Assembly: GCA_964528205.1 (NCBI GenBank)
Contig: CAZGRI010000003.1
Location: 1 to 46,298 of the forward strand
Length of the DNA stretch: 46,298 bases
Direction: 5' to 3'
From: an uncultured Dehalococcoidia bacterium
GTDB taxonomy: Bacteria > Chloroflexota > Dehalococcoidia > Lucifugimonadales > CAZGRI01
The notes below the pieces were generated by a model. It saw nothing but the letters and a program-made list of their open reading frames with translations, had not been told where the DNA came from and searched no databases. Below are positions 26,541-36,060 of this stretch, piece by piece. How positions within the stretch are numbered: position 1 is the first letter of the stretch; each line of letters opens with the position of its first letter. The position numbers were made by a program, and so were the translations under genes.

Positions 26541-28208
26541 CTACCTACCCCCCTTGACCCGCATGGCGTACTGGGTGAGGGGGCTGGGGGATGGGGCCGT
26601 GCGGACGTTGAGGACGGCGGGGCGGTTCGAGGCGAAGGCTCGCTCCAGGGCCCCGGGTAGCTGGCTCGCCTCCTCCACCAGCTCGCCGTGGGCGCCCAGG
26701 GCCTCGGCCAGCTTGTCGTAGCGGGTCGGCAGCAGCTCGGTCGCGACGGTCCGGCCCTCGAAGAGCTCCACCTGCTGGTGGAAGTCCATGCCCCAGACGC
26801 TGTCGTTGCCTACGATGATGACCACCGGCAGATTGTGCCTCACGGCCGTGTCCAACTCCATCGCGTGGAAGCCGAAGGCCCCGTCGCCGGTCATCAGCAC
26901 GATCTTGGAGTCGGGCAGCGCGACCCTGGCGCCGATGCTGAATGGGACGCCGAAGCCGATCATACCCAGGGTACTGTTGCAGAACCAGCGGTTGGGCCGG
27001 TACACGCGGTGGTAGACCGACCCCCAGAAGGCGAAGTCGCTGCCCTCCAGCACCAGGCAGGTGTCCTCGTCCAGGAAGGGACGCAGCGCCTTGTGCAACG
27101 ACATGGCGTGCATTGGGCCGCTCTCCGGCGCCATGGCCTCCAGCCGCCGGTCCTCGTCAGCGCGGGCCGCCTCCAGCTCCTCGATGATAGGCAGCTTGCT
27201 CCAGCTGTACTGTTCCGCATCCTCGGCTAGCTGCTTTACGACCGCGCCGACGTCGCCGAGTATGGACACGTCCACGCCCCGGGACTTGCCGATCTGGTCG
27301 ATCGACGGCTCTACCTGGATGAACTTCACGTCAGGGCTGAATGTCGGCGGGCCGCCCCAGTTGACGGTGAAGTCCAGCTTCTTGCCCAGCAGCAGCACGA
27401 CGTCGGCGTCTTTCAGCACCCCGGCGGTCGTGCTGATGCGGCTGTCCGAGAAGCCGAAGCAGTACGGATGGTCGTCGGAGACTATTCCGCGGCCCAGCTC
27501 CTCGGCCAGGAGGGGCAGGTGGGTGACCTCTATCAGGCGCTCCAGGTCTTCGCGGGTCACGTCGTACGCCCCGTTGGCCGCCACCACCACCGGACGCTGC
27601 GCCGTCTGTAGGAGCTCGATGGCCGCTTTCACGCGCGCCGCGTCGCCCTGGACCTTGCCCGTGGGCCTGTACTCCTCCGGCTTGTAGGTCCACACTTTGC
27701 TGTCGTCCACCTCGGCGGTCTGGACGTCCACCGGGATGGTCAGGTGAACGGGACCTCGCCGGCCCGTCAACGCCGTCCGGAAGGCGCGGGCGAAGTACTC
27801 CGGGATACGGTACGGGTCGGAGAGCATCCACGAGCCCTTGGTCACGGGCGCGGCCATGCCGACCTGGTCGATCTCCTGCATGGCGCCCTGTCCCAGGCGG
27901 CTCTGGTCGGCGCAGCCGGAGATGTTGACCAGCGGGGTCTCGACGTGGCCGGCCAGCGTCAGCCCCGGTATCGCGTTGGCGTGCCCCGGAGTCGTGAACA
28001 TGGTCACGCCGGGCCTGCCCGTGGTGCGCCCCCAGGCGTTGGCCATGTCCACCGCGGCTTGCTCGTGCCTGGTGTCCACGAACCTGAACCCCTCCTGGGC
28101 CATCAAGTCCATTACATTCAGCGTGTGGTCTCCGGCTATGGCGAAGACCGTGTCGACGCCTTCGGCACGGAGGGCCCGGGCTATCAGTTGGGAGCCTGTC
28201 GTCTTCAT
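26541..28208 (-). CDS. Thiamine diphosphate-dependent enzyme (acetolactate synthase large subunit-like family)
   Basis: The start at 28208 (MKTTGSQLIARAL) is preceded by AGGAGA. ThDP motif GDGAFGFHAMELDTAVRHNLPVVIIVGND. Substrate specificity cannot be read from the sequence. Confidence 0.85.
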   Translation of the reverse strand: MKTTGSQLIARALRAEGVDTVFAIAGDHTLNVMDLMAQEGFRFVDTRHEQAAVDMANAWGRTTGRPGVTMFTTPGHANAIPGLTLAGHVETPLVNISGCADQSRLGQGAMQEIDQVGMAAPVTKGSWMLSDPYRIPEYFARAFRTALTGRRGPVHLTIPVDVQTAEVDDSKVWTYKPEEYRPTGKVQGDAARVKAAIELLQTAQRPVVVAANGAYDVTREDLERLIEVTHLPLLAEELGRGIVSDDHPYCFGFSDSRISTTAGVLKDADVVLLLGKKLDFTVNWGGPPTFSPDVKFIQVEPSIDQIGKSRGVDVSILGDVGAVVKQLAEDAEQYSWSKLPIIEELEAARADEDRRLEAMAPESGPMHAMSLHKALRPFLDEDTCLVLEGSDFAFWGSVYHRVYRPNRWFCNSTLGMIGFGVPFSIGARVALPDSKIVLMTGDGAFGFHAMELDTAVRHNLPVVIIVGNDSVWGMDFHQQVELFEGRTVATELLPTRYDKLAEALGAHGELVEEASQLPGALERAFASNRPAVLNVRTAPSPSPLTQYAMRVKGGR

Positions 28209-28430
28209 GCGTATCTCCTGTGAGTTTGGCTGTCCGGTCGGTGACAATTATAATGCGACTCGCCGGGATTGAAAGGCCCGAGTCAGGAGGGCTGCTGTTG
28301 TCTGATGTTTTCGGTGACCGGGGCCCCTACTCGACTCGCGCGGGTTTCGGAGAGGTTCGGGTGGACTACAGACCGAAACGCGCAGCCGACCGAAGAATCG
28401 GGTCATTGGTGCTAGCCCTGAACATTCGTC

Positions 28431-29063
28431 GTGCCTAACGTCGCCGGAGTGCGTTTCCTTCCCTGTGCCGCCGCGCTGATTGCAGTCGCGGTCGTGTGCC
28501 TCCTGTTCGCGGCAAGTCCCGCGGTGGCCAACGGCGTTGCACTCCCCATCGATGAGGGCGTGTCAGGCCCTTATGAGTACCAGGTGGGCATAGGGCCGTT
28601 CAGCCCGCTGCGCAAGGCACTGTTCGTCGCCGTAACGCTCACAGCCGGCAGCAGCCCAGTGATCGACGCCGACGTGATGGTGACGGTGGCGGTGGACGGC
28701 TCTCCGAACGAGGTCGGGCCCCTGGCCGCAGCCAATAGCCTGACCCACCTAGCGACCTACGAGCTCTCGCTGGACCTACCCGAACTGGCGCGCGACAGGG
28801 TCTCATTCAAGATAGAGGTGGATAGCCGCCATGGGCCGGCCGTCATCGAAGCGGAGATGATCGTCCCGGACGTCGTGGGGACGTTCAACGGCGACTCGGT
28901 CTCCCCAACAGCGGCGCCAGCCCCAAACGAGGCGACGCCTGACACGTCAGCAGGGAGGTTCGTCTACTCCGGTTTCGCCGTCCTGGCTGGGCTGCTCGGC
29001 ATCGGATTCGGCGTCTGGGGCCTGGCCAGGTACCGGCGGCGGCGCTCGGCTGACCCGGGGTGA
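28431..29063 (+). CDS. Hypothetical secreted protein with a C-terminal membrane anchor
   Basis: 210 aa, GTG start. N-terminal signal peptide (AAALIAVAVVCLLFAASPAVANG) and a C-terminal TM helix followed by RYRRRRS. Confidence 0.5.
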   Translation: MPNVAGVRFLPCAAALIAVAVVCLLFAASPAVANGVALPIDEGVSGPYEYQVGIGPFSPLRKALFVAVTLTAGSSPVIDADVMVTVAVDGSPNEVGPLAAANSLTHLATYELSLDLPELARDRVSFKIEVDSRHGPAVIEAEMIVPDVVGTFNGDSVSPTAAPAPNEATPDTSAGRFVYSGFAVLAGLLGIGFGVWGLARYRRRRSADPG

Positions 29064-29070
29064 CTTCCTC

Positions 29071-30840
29071 TCACTCTATGTCAACCGTGAACGCGTAAAT
29101 CCCCGACTCCAGGTCCGAGACGTACACCACTTCGTTGACCACCCTGACCCCCCAGGCGCCCTGGGCGATGTCCCGCTCGTTGGCGTCGGGCACTGTATCG
29201 AAATGCGCGATCTCCTTCGGCATCGCCGGGTCTCGGAGATCGACTACCCGCAGGCCGTCTATGTAGTAGGAGACGTAGGCGACGCCGTCGACCACCCGCA
29301 CGTTGTGGATCGAGATGCCGTCCCTGGTCGCATAACGCGAGACGACCGTAGGGCTGGTCGGGTCCGTCACGTCCAGGACCGTCATGTGCCGGCCGTAGCC
29401 CTCCGAGTTGTGCGCGTAGTACAATCTGTTGCCCGTCGAAAAGGGCCAACCGCTATGGCTGAAGATGCCGTCCCAGGCTATCGAGCCCAGGGACGAGATC
29501 GCAGTCGGGTCCGTTACGTCCAGTATCCACAGGCCGGCGCTTAGGTAGTTCAGGAACGCGATCAGCCTACCGTTGACCTCTATGACGTTGACGTCGTGGG
29601 CGCCGTGGCCGTTATCCTCGGCGGTATCCGTGGTAATGCTGAATCGGCCCGCCTCCAAAGGATTGGCCGGGTCCGACACGTCGATTACCAGCAGGTCGGT
29701 CTTCGGGAACCTCGAATGGTTGATGGCGTATACGAGACGGCCGTCAGGCGACAGGAAGATGTTGTGGAAATTAGTGTAGTCGTCCACCTCGCCGACCGTC
29801 ACGGGCTCCCGGAACTGGCCGATAGGCTCGGGCGTACTGGGGTCCGAGATGTCGAACACCTGGAGGCCGGTTGGGACCGACCCGGCGTACAGAAGCCCGT
29901 CCCGGGCCTTGACGTCGAAGACCACGGCAGGCCCCGTACCTGCCCTGGCACGACCAATGATCGTCCCGTCTGCGGCGTCCAAGATCTCGATCAGACCGTC
30001 GGACCTGGGTGCGAAGACGAGGCCGTCGTCCGCCCACACATCGGTGTGTATGCCTCGGCCCGGCTGGTGCCACAGCAACGTAACGTTGTCCGTCGACTGA
30101 GGCTCGTCCCGTCGCGCGATTCGAGTGAGGTTAGCGCTGGCGGCGAAGCTTGTGGTCTGGACCGTGACCTCGAGTCCGCTGTCTCCTTCCGCGGGCATGA
30201 AGGCCATGAGGGCGCCCCGGCCCATCCCGGTGCAGAACGACAGCTCCCAGCGGTTCCGCTGGCGCTGGGGGGTGCACAGGGACACGGGAGGCAGAGGGCT
30301 GGGCCACGGCCCGCTTTCTAGCCTCCACAAGTCGTCGTCCGGATTGTCGCCCGGCCTCACACGCAGGGCCAGCCAGGGCGGCGGAGACCCTGTGCGTCCA
30401 GGCTCGGGGACCAGTTCCCCTGCCCACAGACCGGCTCGGTCCGAGGCGTCAACGGGCTCCCGGGTCGGGCCCGCGGTGGGACTGGCACCCTGGCCAGCGG
30501 TGGGGGTCGGAGTCTTGGCGAGAACCGCCGTCGCCGCGGCGGTTGCAGTGAAAGACCGCACTGGCGTCTTTGTGGATGCAGGGGACGTCCCGGGGGTCGA
30601 TGCCCGCTCGGGTGTGGGCACTGGAGACGTAGTCGCCGAAGGTGAAACGCTCGCGGTGGACCCGGGTGTGGGGGAGGCCAGGCCACTGGTCGGCGCGGCG
30701 GGTACGGCCGTCCCGGCAGGAACCGAGGCCGTCGCCGAGGAGGTAGGTCCGATCGTGGGCGTCGCGTCGTCCCCACCGCAAGAGCTTAACAGCAGCCCCG
30801 CGACGGACACGACCACAAGCCAGAAGCAGATGCGTCCCAC
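29071..30840 (-). CDS. LVIVD-repeat beta-propeller lipoprotein with a long Pro/Thr/Ser/Ala linker
   Basis: I chose the GTG at 30840, giving a lipoprotein signal (VGRICFWLVVVSVAGLLLSSCGG). Repeated LVIVD-type units are present (LQVFDISDPSTP, LLVIDVSDPANP, LWILDVTDPTA, MTVLDVTDPTSP, LRVVDLRDPAMP). The longer track ORF to 31047 is Arg-rich and unsupported. Confidence 0.72.
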   Translation of the reverse strand: MGRICFWLVVVSVAGLLLSSCGGDDATPTIGPTSSATASVPAGTAVPAAPTSGLASPTPGSTASVSPSATTSPVPTPERASTPGTSPASTKTPVRSFTATAAATAVLAKTPTPTAGQGASPTAGPTREPVDASDRAGLWAGELVPEPGRTGSPPPWLALRVRPGDNPDDDLWRLESGPWPSPLPPVSLCTPQRQRNRWELSFCTGMGRGALMAFMPAEGDSGLEVTVQTTSFAASANLTRIARRDEPQSTDNVTLLWHQPGRGIHTDVWADDGLVFAPRSDGLIEILDAADGTIIGRARAGTGPAVVFDVKARDGLLYAGSVPTGLQVFDISDPSTPEPIGQFREPVTVGEVDDYTNFHNIFLSPDGRLVYAINHSRFPKTDLLVIDVSDPANPLEAGRFSITTDTAEDNGHGAHDVNVIEVNGRLIAFLNYLSAGLWILDVTDPTAISSLGSIAWDGIFSHSGWPFSTGNRLYYAHNSEGYGRHMTVLDVTDPTSPTVVSRYATRDGISIHNVRVVDGVAYVSYYIDGLRVVDLRDPAMPKEIAHFDTVPDANERDIAQGAWGVRVVNEVVYVSDLESGIYAFTVDIE

Positions 30841-30865
30841 ATAAGCATTATAGGCGATGGGCGGG

Positions 30866-30956
30866 ATCCTCACCCCTTGTCGTTCCCCTCTCCACAGCCG
30901 TGCAGAGGGGACGCACTCAACTGCCAGCCGCCCTCTGAAATGGCAGGGGTGAGGTC
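30866..30956. other. Compact three-stem structured element in the LVIVD/acs divergent intergenic region
   Basis: Outer stem cctcacccct (30868-77) / aggggtgagg (30945-54). Inner stems cccctct (30885-91) / agagggg (30904-10) and ctgcca (30921-26) / tggcag (30941-46). Confidence 0.4.
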
Positions 30957-30961
30957 CACGA

Positions 30962-30990
30962 TTGACAGGGATTAGGGCAGTTCGTATCCT
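30962..30990 (+). promoter_or_regulatory. Candidate acs promoter (TTGACA-17 nt-TATCCT)
   Basis: TTGACA at 30962-30967 and TATCCT at 30985-30990, 74 nt upstream of the acs ATG. Confidence 0.35.
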
Positions 30991-31064
30991 TTGGTCACCC
31001 CGACGCAGACGCGGGACAGCGTCGTGTCGGGGCTGCCACACATCCACCGCCCTGGAGGCAAGAC

Positions 31065-33044
31065 ATGACCACCGACCCTAATGAACAAAGCCTGCTGCAG
31101 AGCCTTTTGAAAGAGGAGCGCCGGTTCCCACCGCCCGACGGGTTCCGCGCCAGCGCAATCGTCAGCGACGAGGCTCCCTACGAACAGGCGGACCGCGACT
31201 TCGAGGGGTTCTGGGCCGGGCACGCCGAAAAGGAGCTCCACTGGTTTCGCAAGTGGGACACAACGCTGGAGTGGGACGCACCCTGGGCCAAGTGGTTCGT
31301 TGGCGGCCAGACCAACGTCTCCTATAACTGCGTCGACCGGCATGTCGAGACGTGGCGTCGGACCAAGGCGGCGATAGTCTGGGAGGGGGAGCCGGGCGAC
31401 TCCGTTACCCTGACCTACCAGGACCTTCACCGGGAGGTGCAGAAGTGCGCCAACATGCTGAAAGGGCTGGGCGTCAAGAAGGGCGACAGGGTCGCCCTGT
31501 ACATGGGGATGGTACCGGAGCTGGCCATCGCGATGCTGGCCTGCGCCCGCATAGGCGCGCCGCATAGCATCGTGTTCGGCGGCTTCAGCGCCGACTCGTT
31601 GAGGGACAGGATCAACGACTGCCAGGCTACTGCGCTGATCACGCAGGATGCCGCCTGGCGTCGTGGGAGGCCGGTACCATTGAAGGGGTTCGCCGACGAG
31701 GCACTGGACGGCTGCCCAACCGTGGCGAAGGTGGTCGTGGTCAAGCGGGTCGGTGAGGACGCCGGGGCCGGCATGGTGCAGGGCCGCGACGTTTGGTGGC
31801 ACGAGGAGATGGCGAATGCCGGTCTGGTATGTCCGGCCGAGCAGCTCGACAGCGAGCACCCGCTGTTCATACTCTACACGTCAGGCACAACCGGCAAACC
31901 GAAAGGGATCCTTCACACGACGGCTGGGTACCTGCTGGGCGTTCACATGACGTCCAAGTGGGTCTTCGACATTCAGGATGACGACTACTACTGGTGCACC
32001 GCCGACATCGGCTGGGTCACCGGCCACAGCTATATCGTCTACGGACCCCTGTCCAACGGAGCGACGACCGTGATGTACGAGGGTAGCCCCGACTGGCCGG
32101 ACCGGGACAGGTTCTGGTCAATCGTCGAGAAATACCGTATCAACACCTGCTACACCTCCCCAACGCTGCTCCGCTCCTGCATGGGCTGGGGCGACGAGTA
32201 TCCTGCGAGGCACGACCTGAGCAGCCTGCGCCTGCTCGGGACCGTCGGCGAGCCCATCAATCCCGAGGCGTGGATCTGGTACAACGAGAACATCGGCAAG
32301 GGGAGGTGTCCCATCGTCGACACCTGGTGGCAGACCGAGACGGGGATGATTCTCATAACCCCTCTGCCGGGAGTAGTGACCACCAAACCGGGGTCGGCAA
32401 CCAGGCCGTTTCCTGGCATCGGGGCCAAGCTGGTGGACGAACAGGGCAACGAAGTGCCGGCCGACACAGGCGGCTATCTGGTGCTCACCCGGCCGTGGCC
32501 GGCCATGCTGCGTACCTTCTGGGGCGACGACGATCGGTATGTAGAGACCTACTGGAATCGCTTCCCGGGAATGTACTTCACCGGCGATGGGGCACGTCAG
32601 GACGAGGATGGTTACTTCTGGATCACGGGCCGAGTGGACGACGTGGTCAACGTGGCCGGGCACCGGCTGTCCAACATCGAGATCGAAAGCTCCCTGGTCG
32701 CCCACCCGGCTGTGGCGGAGGCTGCCACGATCGGGCGAAGCGACCAGGTAAAGGGACAGGCCATCTCGGCCTTCGTCGTGCTTAGAGCGGATCACCAGGC
32801 CAGCGATGGCCTAAAACAGGAGCTTCGGAGTTGGGTGGCGGAGCGGATCAGTCCCATCGCCCGCCCCGACGATGTATTCTTCTCAGCCGATCTTCCTAAG
32901 ACGCGCTCCGCCAAGATCATGCGCCGGCTGCTGAGGGACGTCGCCGAGGGGAACGCCCTCGGCGACACTACCACCCTCACCGACCCGGCTGTCATCGAGG
33001 AGCTCAAGGACCGCTACGTAGCCGAGGGCAAGGAGGAGTCCTAG
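31065..33044 (+). CDS. acs: Acetyl-CoA synthetase (acetate--CoA ligase)
   Basis: 659 aa. Canonical Acs sequence ([70 protein letters not shown]). Confidence 0.95.
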   Translation: MTTDPNEQSLLQSLLKEERRFPPPDGFRASAIVSDEAPYEQADRDFEGFWAGHAEKELHWFRKWDTTLEWDAPWAKWFVGGQTNVSYNCVDRHVETWRRTKAAIVWEGEPGDSVTLTYQDLHREVQKCANMLKGLGVKKGDRVALYMGMVPELAIAMLACARIGAPHSIVFGGFSADSLRDRINDCQATALITQDAAWRRGRPVPLKGFADEALDGCPTVAKVVVVKRVGEDAGAGMVQGRDVWWHEEMANAGLVCPAEQLDSEHPLFILYTSGTTGKPKGILHTTAGYLLGVHMTSKWVFDIQDDDYYWCTADIGWVTGHSYIVYGPLSNGATTVMYEGSPDWPDRDRFWSIVEKYRINTCYTSPTLLRSCMGWGDEYPARHDLSSLRLLGTVGEPINPEAWIWYNENIGKGRCPIVDTWWQTETGMILITPLPGVVTTKPGSATRPFPGIGAKLVDEQGNEVPADTGGYLVLTRPWPAMLRTFWGDDDRYVETYWNRFPGMYFTGDGARQDEDGYFWITGRVDDVVNVAGHRLSNIEIESSLVAHPAVAEAATIGRSDQVKGQAISAFVVLRADHQASDGLKQELRSWVAERISPIARPDDVFFSADLPKTRSAKIMRRLLRDVAEGNALGDTTTLTDPAVIEELKDRYVAEGKEES

Positions 33045-33635
33045 CTACTCCAGAATCGGGTACCTCCGAACAAGGGGTGTTTCCGCCCACAGCTTACCAA
33101 GACCCAGGGTGTAGCCCGCCTTGGCCAGCGGCAAGCCCGCGAAGATCAGCATGTACAGGATGTGCTCGTCCATGAACGGGTTGTGCTCCGGCGGCATGAA
33201 GCCCGCTGCGTACATCATTGCCGACATCGCGATCCCCGAGATCGAGGCGATGACAACCCCGATGCCCAGAACGAGCGCCAGGCCTATCGCCAGCAGTCCC
33301 ACCATGAAGAGCCAGTCAACTGCGGCGTTGCCCGCCATCGCCTTGAAGCCCTCGGCGAACGGTCCCTTCGCACCGAAGTTCAGGAAGCCGAACGTTGGGG
33401 AGCCGCCGTTGATCCACGCGCCGTCCGACGCCGTTGCATAGCCCAAACCAAAGACCTTGTCGAAGAAGGCCCACAGGAAGATCCACCCTACCCCCATTCT
33501 GAGCAGCCCCCAGACGTAGCGAGCCCTATCTTCCGCCATCAAAACGACGTTGACCTTCCCTTCCGGCATGGGTTCCGGACGCTCGACTCCCAGGCTCGAT
33601 ACCCGACCCCCTGTCCTCTCCGCAATCGTTGCCAT
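33045..33635 (-). CDS. DoxX family membrane protein
   Basis: 196 aa with four hydrophobic segments (LLRMGVGWIFLWAFFDK ... LFMVGLLAIGLALVLG...). Its stop codon abuts the acs stop with zero spacing. Confidence 0.65.
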   Translation of the reverse strand: MATIAERTGGRVSSLGVERPEPMPEGKVNVVLMAEDRARYVWGLLRMGVGWIFLWAFFDKVFGLGYATASDGAWINGGSPTFGFLNFGAKGPFAEGFKAMAGNAAVDWLFMVGLLAIGLALVLGIGVVIASISGIAMSAMMYAAGFMPPEHNPFMDEHILYMLIFAGLPLAKAGYTLGLGKLWAETPLVRRYPILE

Positions 33636-33717
33636 CTCTGGCCTCCTTTCTGTGGCGTCCTCCGGCTCCCGCTCTCTGCGCAGGACCTGCTCGGGACACC
33701 TAATGTTCTATGTTTGT

Positions 33718-33783
33718 ACTATATTTCACAAAGTGTGAAGATGACATGAGAAAAGGCGCAACTTCATGAGGTTCTCATGAAGT
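33718..33783 (-). promoter_or_regulatory. AT-rich control region upstream of doxX: perfect 10-bp-arm palindrome, degenerate copy of the regulon box, TATAGT -10
   Basis: Palindrome acttcatgag-gtt-ctcatgaagt at 33761-33783. On the minus strand, CTCATGTCATCTTCACA runs 33750-33734, then 10 nt, then TATAGT at 33723-33718. A second palindrome, ttcaca-aag-tgtgaa, is at 33725-33739. Confidence 0.4.
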
Positions 33784-33872
33784 CTCAAGTGGACTCGGCG
33801 CAGGAGTAGGTCCAAGCATGTGGCGCGAGGGGCAATCCGCGCTCTTGAGGAGCTGCCTTGCCGTCCGGCCTA

Positions 33873-34769
33873 CTAGAGGGACCTCGTCGCCAGGAGCACC
33901 TCGACTTTGACCTCGTCCTCTACCTGAACGATCCCGCCGATGTTCGGCGGTCTGATATCCAGGTCGGCCCATACGAAGCTGGTGCGGCCGACAATGAAGA
34001 TGACGTCCCCGTCGTCCCGCGCCTCCACGTCGAACGAGACGGCGAACTCGGCGCCGCGGATAGCCAGTTTCCCTCCGATGGTTGCGGACACCGCATCACC
34101 ATCTGTGAAGCCTGACGGCAAGGAGCCGATGTCATCGACGGTGAAGACGGCCACAGGGTCCCCGGGGAACATGGTCCGACGGATGTAGCTGTCGCGGCGT
34201 GATTGGTCGCTGCTCAGCTGGTGAAGGTCTATCTCGAACACCGAGGGGCGGCCGTCCAGGTGCAGTTCGCCCGATAGTGCCGTCGTCCTGACAACGGCGT
34301 CATTGGGCAACGGGAGTCGAGCCAGCTTCTCCCGGACGGTGAAGGTGGCCTCGGACCCCTCGCCAACCGTGAAGGTCACCCCCTCCACCTGCCCCTGAGC
34401 TCTGGCGACGTTTGATGGGGCGGTCGTGCTCGTCGCGGTCGGGGGCACGGCGGAGGACGTTGGGATCGACGTCGCCGTGCTCGCCTGCTCCGGGGTCGCG
34501 GTGGGTGCCTCGGCCGTCGTTGGGCTGGGAGCGACCGCGGTAGTTGCCGTGGGGGTCGACGTCTCCTCAGCGGGCAGCATGCCGGTCGCTGCCGGCACGG
34601 TCGTCGCTGTCGCAGTCGGCGTGGCCGTATCGGCTGTCACCGGAGTCTGAGCCGAATCAACGGGCGTGTCGGACGAACCGCAGGCTGTCAGAGCCACGAA
34701 CGCGATGCCGACCATAAGGCCGAACGTTGCACCGCTGCGTACTCGAAAACGCCTCGTTGAAGGCCCCAT
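33873..34769 (-). CDS. YceI-like domain lipoprotein with a Thr/Pro/Ala-rich linker
   Basis: The start at 34769 (MGPSTRRFRVRSGATFGLMVGIAFVALTACGS) is preceded by GAGGAGAGG. The C-terminal YceI fold pattern is present (TFTVREKLARLPLPNDAVVRTTALSGELHLDG...SDQSRRDSYIRR...). The 123-aa Arg-rich extension of the track ORF is rejected. Confidence 0.78.
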   Translation of the reverse strand: MGPSTRRFRVRSGATFGLMVGIAFVALTACGSSDTPVDSAQTPVTADTATPTATATTVPAATGMLPAEETSTPTATTAVAPSPTTAEAPTATPEQASTATSIPTSSAVPPTATSTTAPSNVARAQGQVEGVTFTVGEGSEATFTVREKLARLPLPNDAVVRTTALSGELHLDGRPSVFEIDLHQLSSDQSRRDSYIRRTMFPGDPVAVFTVDDIGSLPSGFTDGDAVSATIGGKLAIRGAEFAVSFDVEARDDGDVIFIVGRTSFVWADLDIRPPNIGGIVQVEDEVKVEVLLATRSL

Positions 34770-34789
34770 GAACCTCTCCTCTGAGCTAG

Positions 34790-35383
34790 CTACGATTCTA
34801 GACCGGCGCCGCGCTCCACGGCGGCCGTGGCCCGTGGGGGGAGCTTGAGCTCGCCGCTCTCCTCGTCTCCAATGCCTGAGAGGCCGATCCCGACCCCAAG
34901 GGCGACCGCGACCGCGGCTACCGCCACCCACCATCTCAAGACGGAGACGCGGCCGCCTGCGACCGTCAGGACCGCGATCAGCGGAAAGGCGATAGCGGCC
35001 AACGGCAAGGTATACGAGACGACACGGTCGAGCTGGGTCTCGCCCAGAAAGGCCGCCACGGCCGTGAGCCCGAATCCCCCTGTCCAGAGCACGGCGAAGG
35101 CGATGTGGCGGTTTCGGTTTCCGGCAAGGACGCGCCACAGCACACCGGCCACCAGACCGGCGAACAGCGCGCCGGCGGTTACCGTCGCGCTGTTGAACAG
35201 GATGTCGTCAGGCGACCGAAGGGGTAGTGAGACCAGGGACTCGATCACCGCGGCCACCGAACCCGCCACGAGGCCTGCCACGACGGGGCTCTCCGTCGAT
35301 CCGCGACCGCTCTCAGCCCCTGTCTTCACGGGCTCACGACTCAACTCCCTCAACTCCAGGGGACCGCCGTGGGCAGCCCTCAC
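34790..35383 (-). CDS. Hypothetical integral membrane protein
   Basis: 197 aa with about five hydrophobic helices. Its GTG start overlaps the stop of the upstream gene (GTGA), which suggests translational coupling. Confidence 0.5.
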   Translation of the reverse strand: MRAAHGGPLELRELSREPVKTGAESGRGSTESPVVAGLVAGSVAAVIESLVSLPLRSPDDILFNSATVTAGALFAGLVAGVLWRVLAGNRNRHIAFAVLWTGGFGLTAVAAFLGETQLDRVVSYTLPLAAIAFPLIAVLTVAGGRVSVLRWWVAVAAVAVALGVGIGLSGIGDEESGELKLPPRATAAVERGAGLES

Positions 35384-36027
35384 TGTTGACCAGGTCTCCC
35401 CTCTCCACCGCCGCCAAATCCGCCGCCGCCGAAGCCGCCTCGTAACCCGCCGCCGAAGCCCTGAGCACCCTCAGGCACCACGAAGACCGTCGACGCCGCC
35501 AGCGTGCCGTCCTCCGCTCGCTCGCCGGTAACGGTCAGGCGCATCCCCTCGGTCAGGTCTCCGACCTCCGCCAGGGCGGTGATCTGTATCCTGGTGTCGG
35601 GGCCAACAGTTGCCTGGAGCGGCCCTTGCTGGGTCGTGATGGTCACGGTGCCGTCCTCGATCTTCTCGATGATTCCGGTGACACCCGATCCGCCGCCGAA
35701 TCCCAGGCCTCCGGGGGCTTGTCCCGCTCCGCCCTGCCCGAACTGGTCCTGCAGCTGCTGACGCAGCTCCGTCAGTTCCTCCTGGCTGGCCTCGCCGGAC
35801 TGGACCCTCTGCCGGAGGTCGGCCAGCGTCTGTAGTCCGCTCCCCTGCGTCGGCTGGCTCTGGACCTGGGACTGGACGCCCGTCGGTTGCACCACCTGGG
35901 CGATGCTCTGGGTGTCATCGTCGCCCTGGCTCTTGCCCAGCGCAACACCCCCGAAAAAGGAGCCGCCCAGCACTCCACCCAGGACCAGTGCGCCCGCGAG
36001 CATCAGAATGAAGCCTTTGTTGCTCAT
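35380..36027 (-). CDS. Membrane-anchored or secreted DUF5666-like protein with glycine-rich tails
   Basis: 215 aa. N-terminal TM/signal (GFILMLAGALVLGGVLGG), a Gln-rich linker, then a beta-rich core (GIIEKIEDGTVTITTQQGPLQATVGPDTRIQI...GMRLTVTGERAEDGTLAASTVFVV). The C-terminus is GGLRGGFGGGGFGGGGEGRPGQQ. AGGAGG RBS. Confidence 0.6.
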   Translation of the reverse strand: MSNKGFILMLAGALVLGGVLGGSFFGGVALGKSQGDDDTQSIAQVVQPTGVQSQVQSQPTQGSGLQTLADLRQRVQSGEASQEELTELRQQLQDQFGQGGAGQAPGGLGFGGGSGVTGIIEKIEDGTVTITTQQGPLQATVGPDTRIQITALAEVGDLTEGMRLTVTGERAEDGTLAASTVFVVPEGAQGFGGGLRGGFGGGGFGGGGEGRPGQQ

Positions 36028-36060
36028 TGCCTTGTTCCTCCTGTCACGTGTGCCTTCTGC

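Noticed and set aside
30972-31859. 295-aa minus-strand ORF overlapping the 5' part of acs (similar ORFs at 32118..32795 and 25769..26497)
   Set aside because: These lie antisense to acs or to the aminotransferase gene, which have canonical sequences. Their translations have shadow-like composition.
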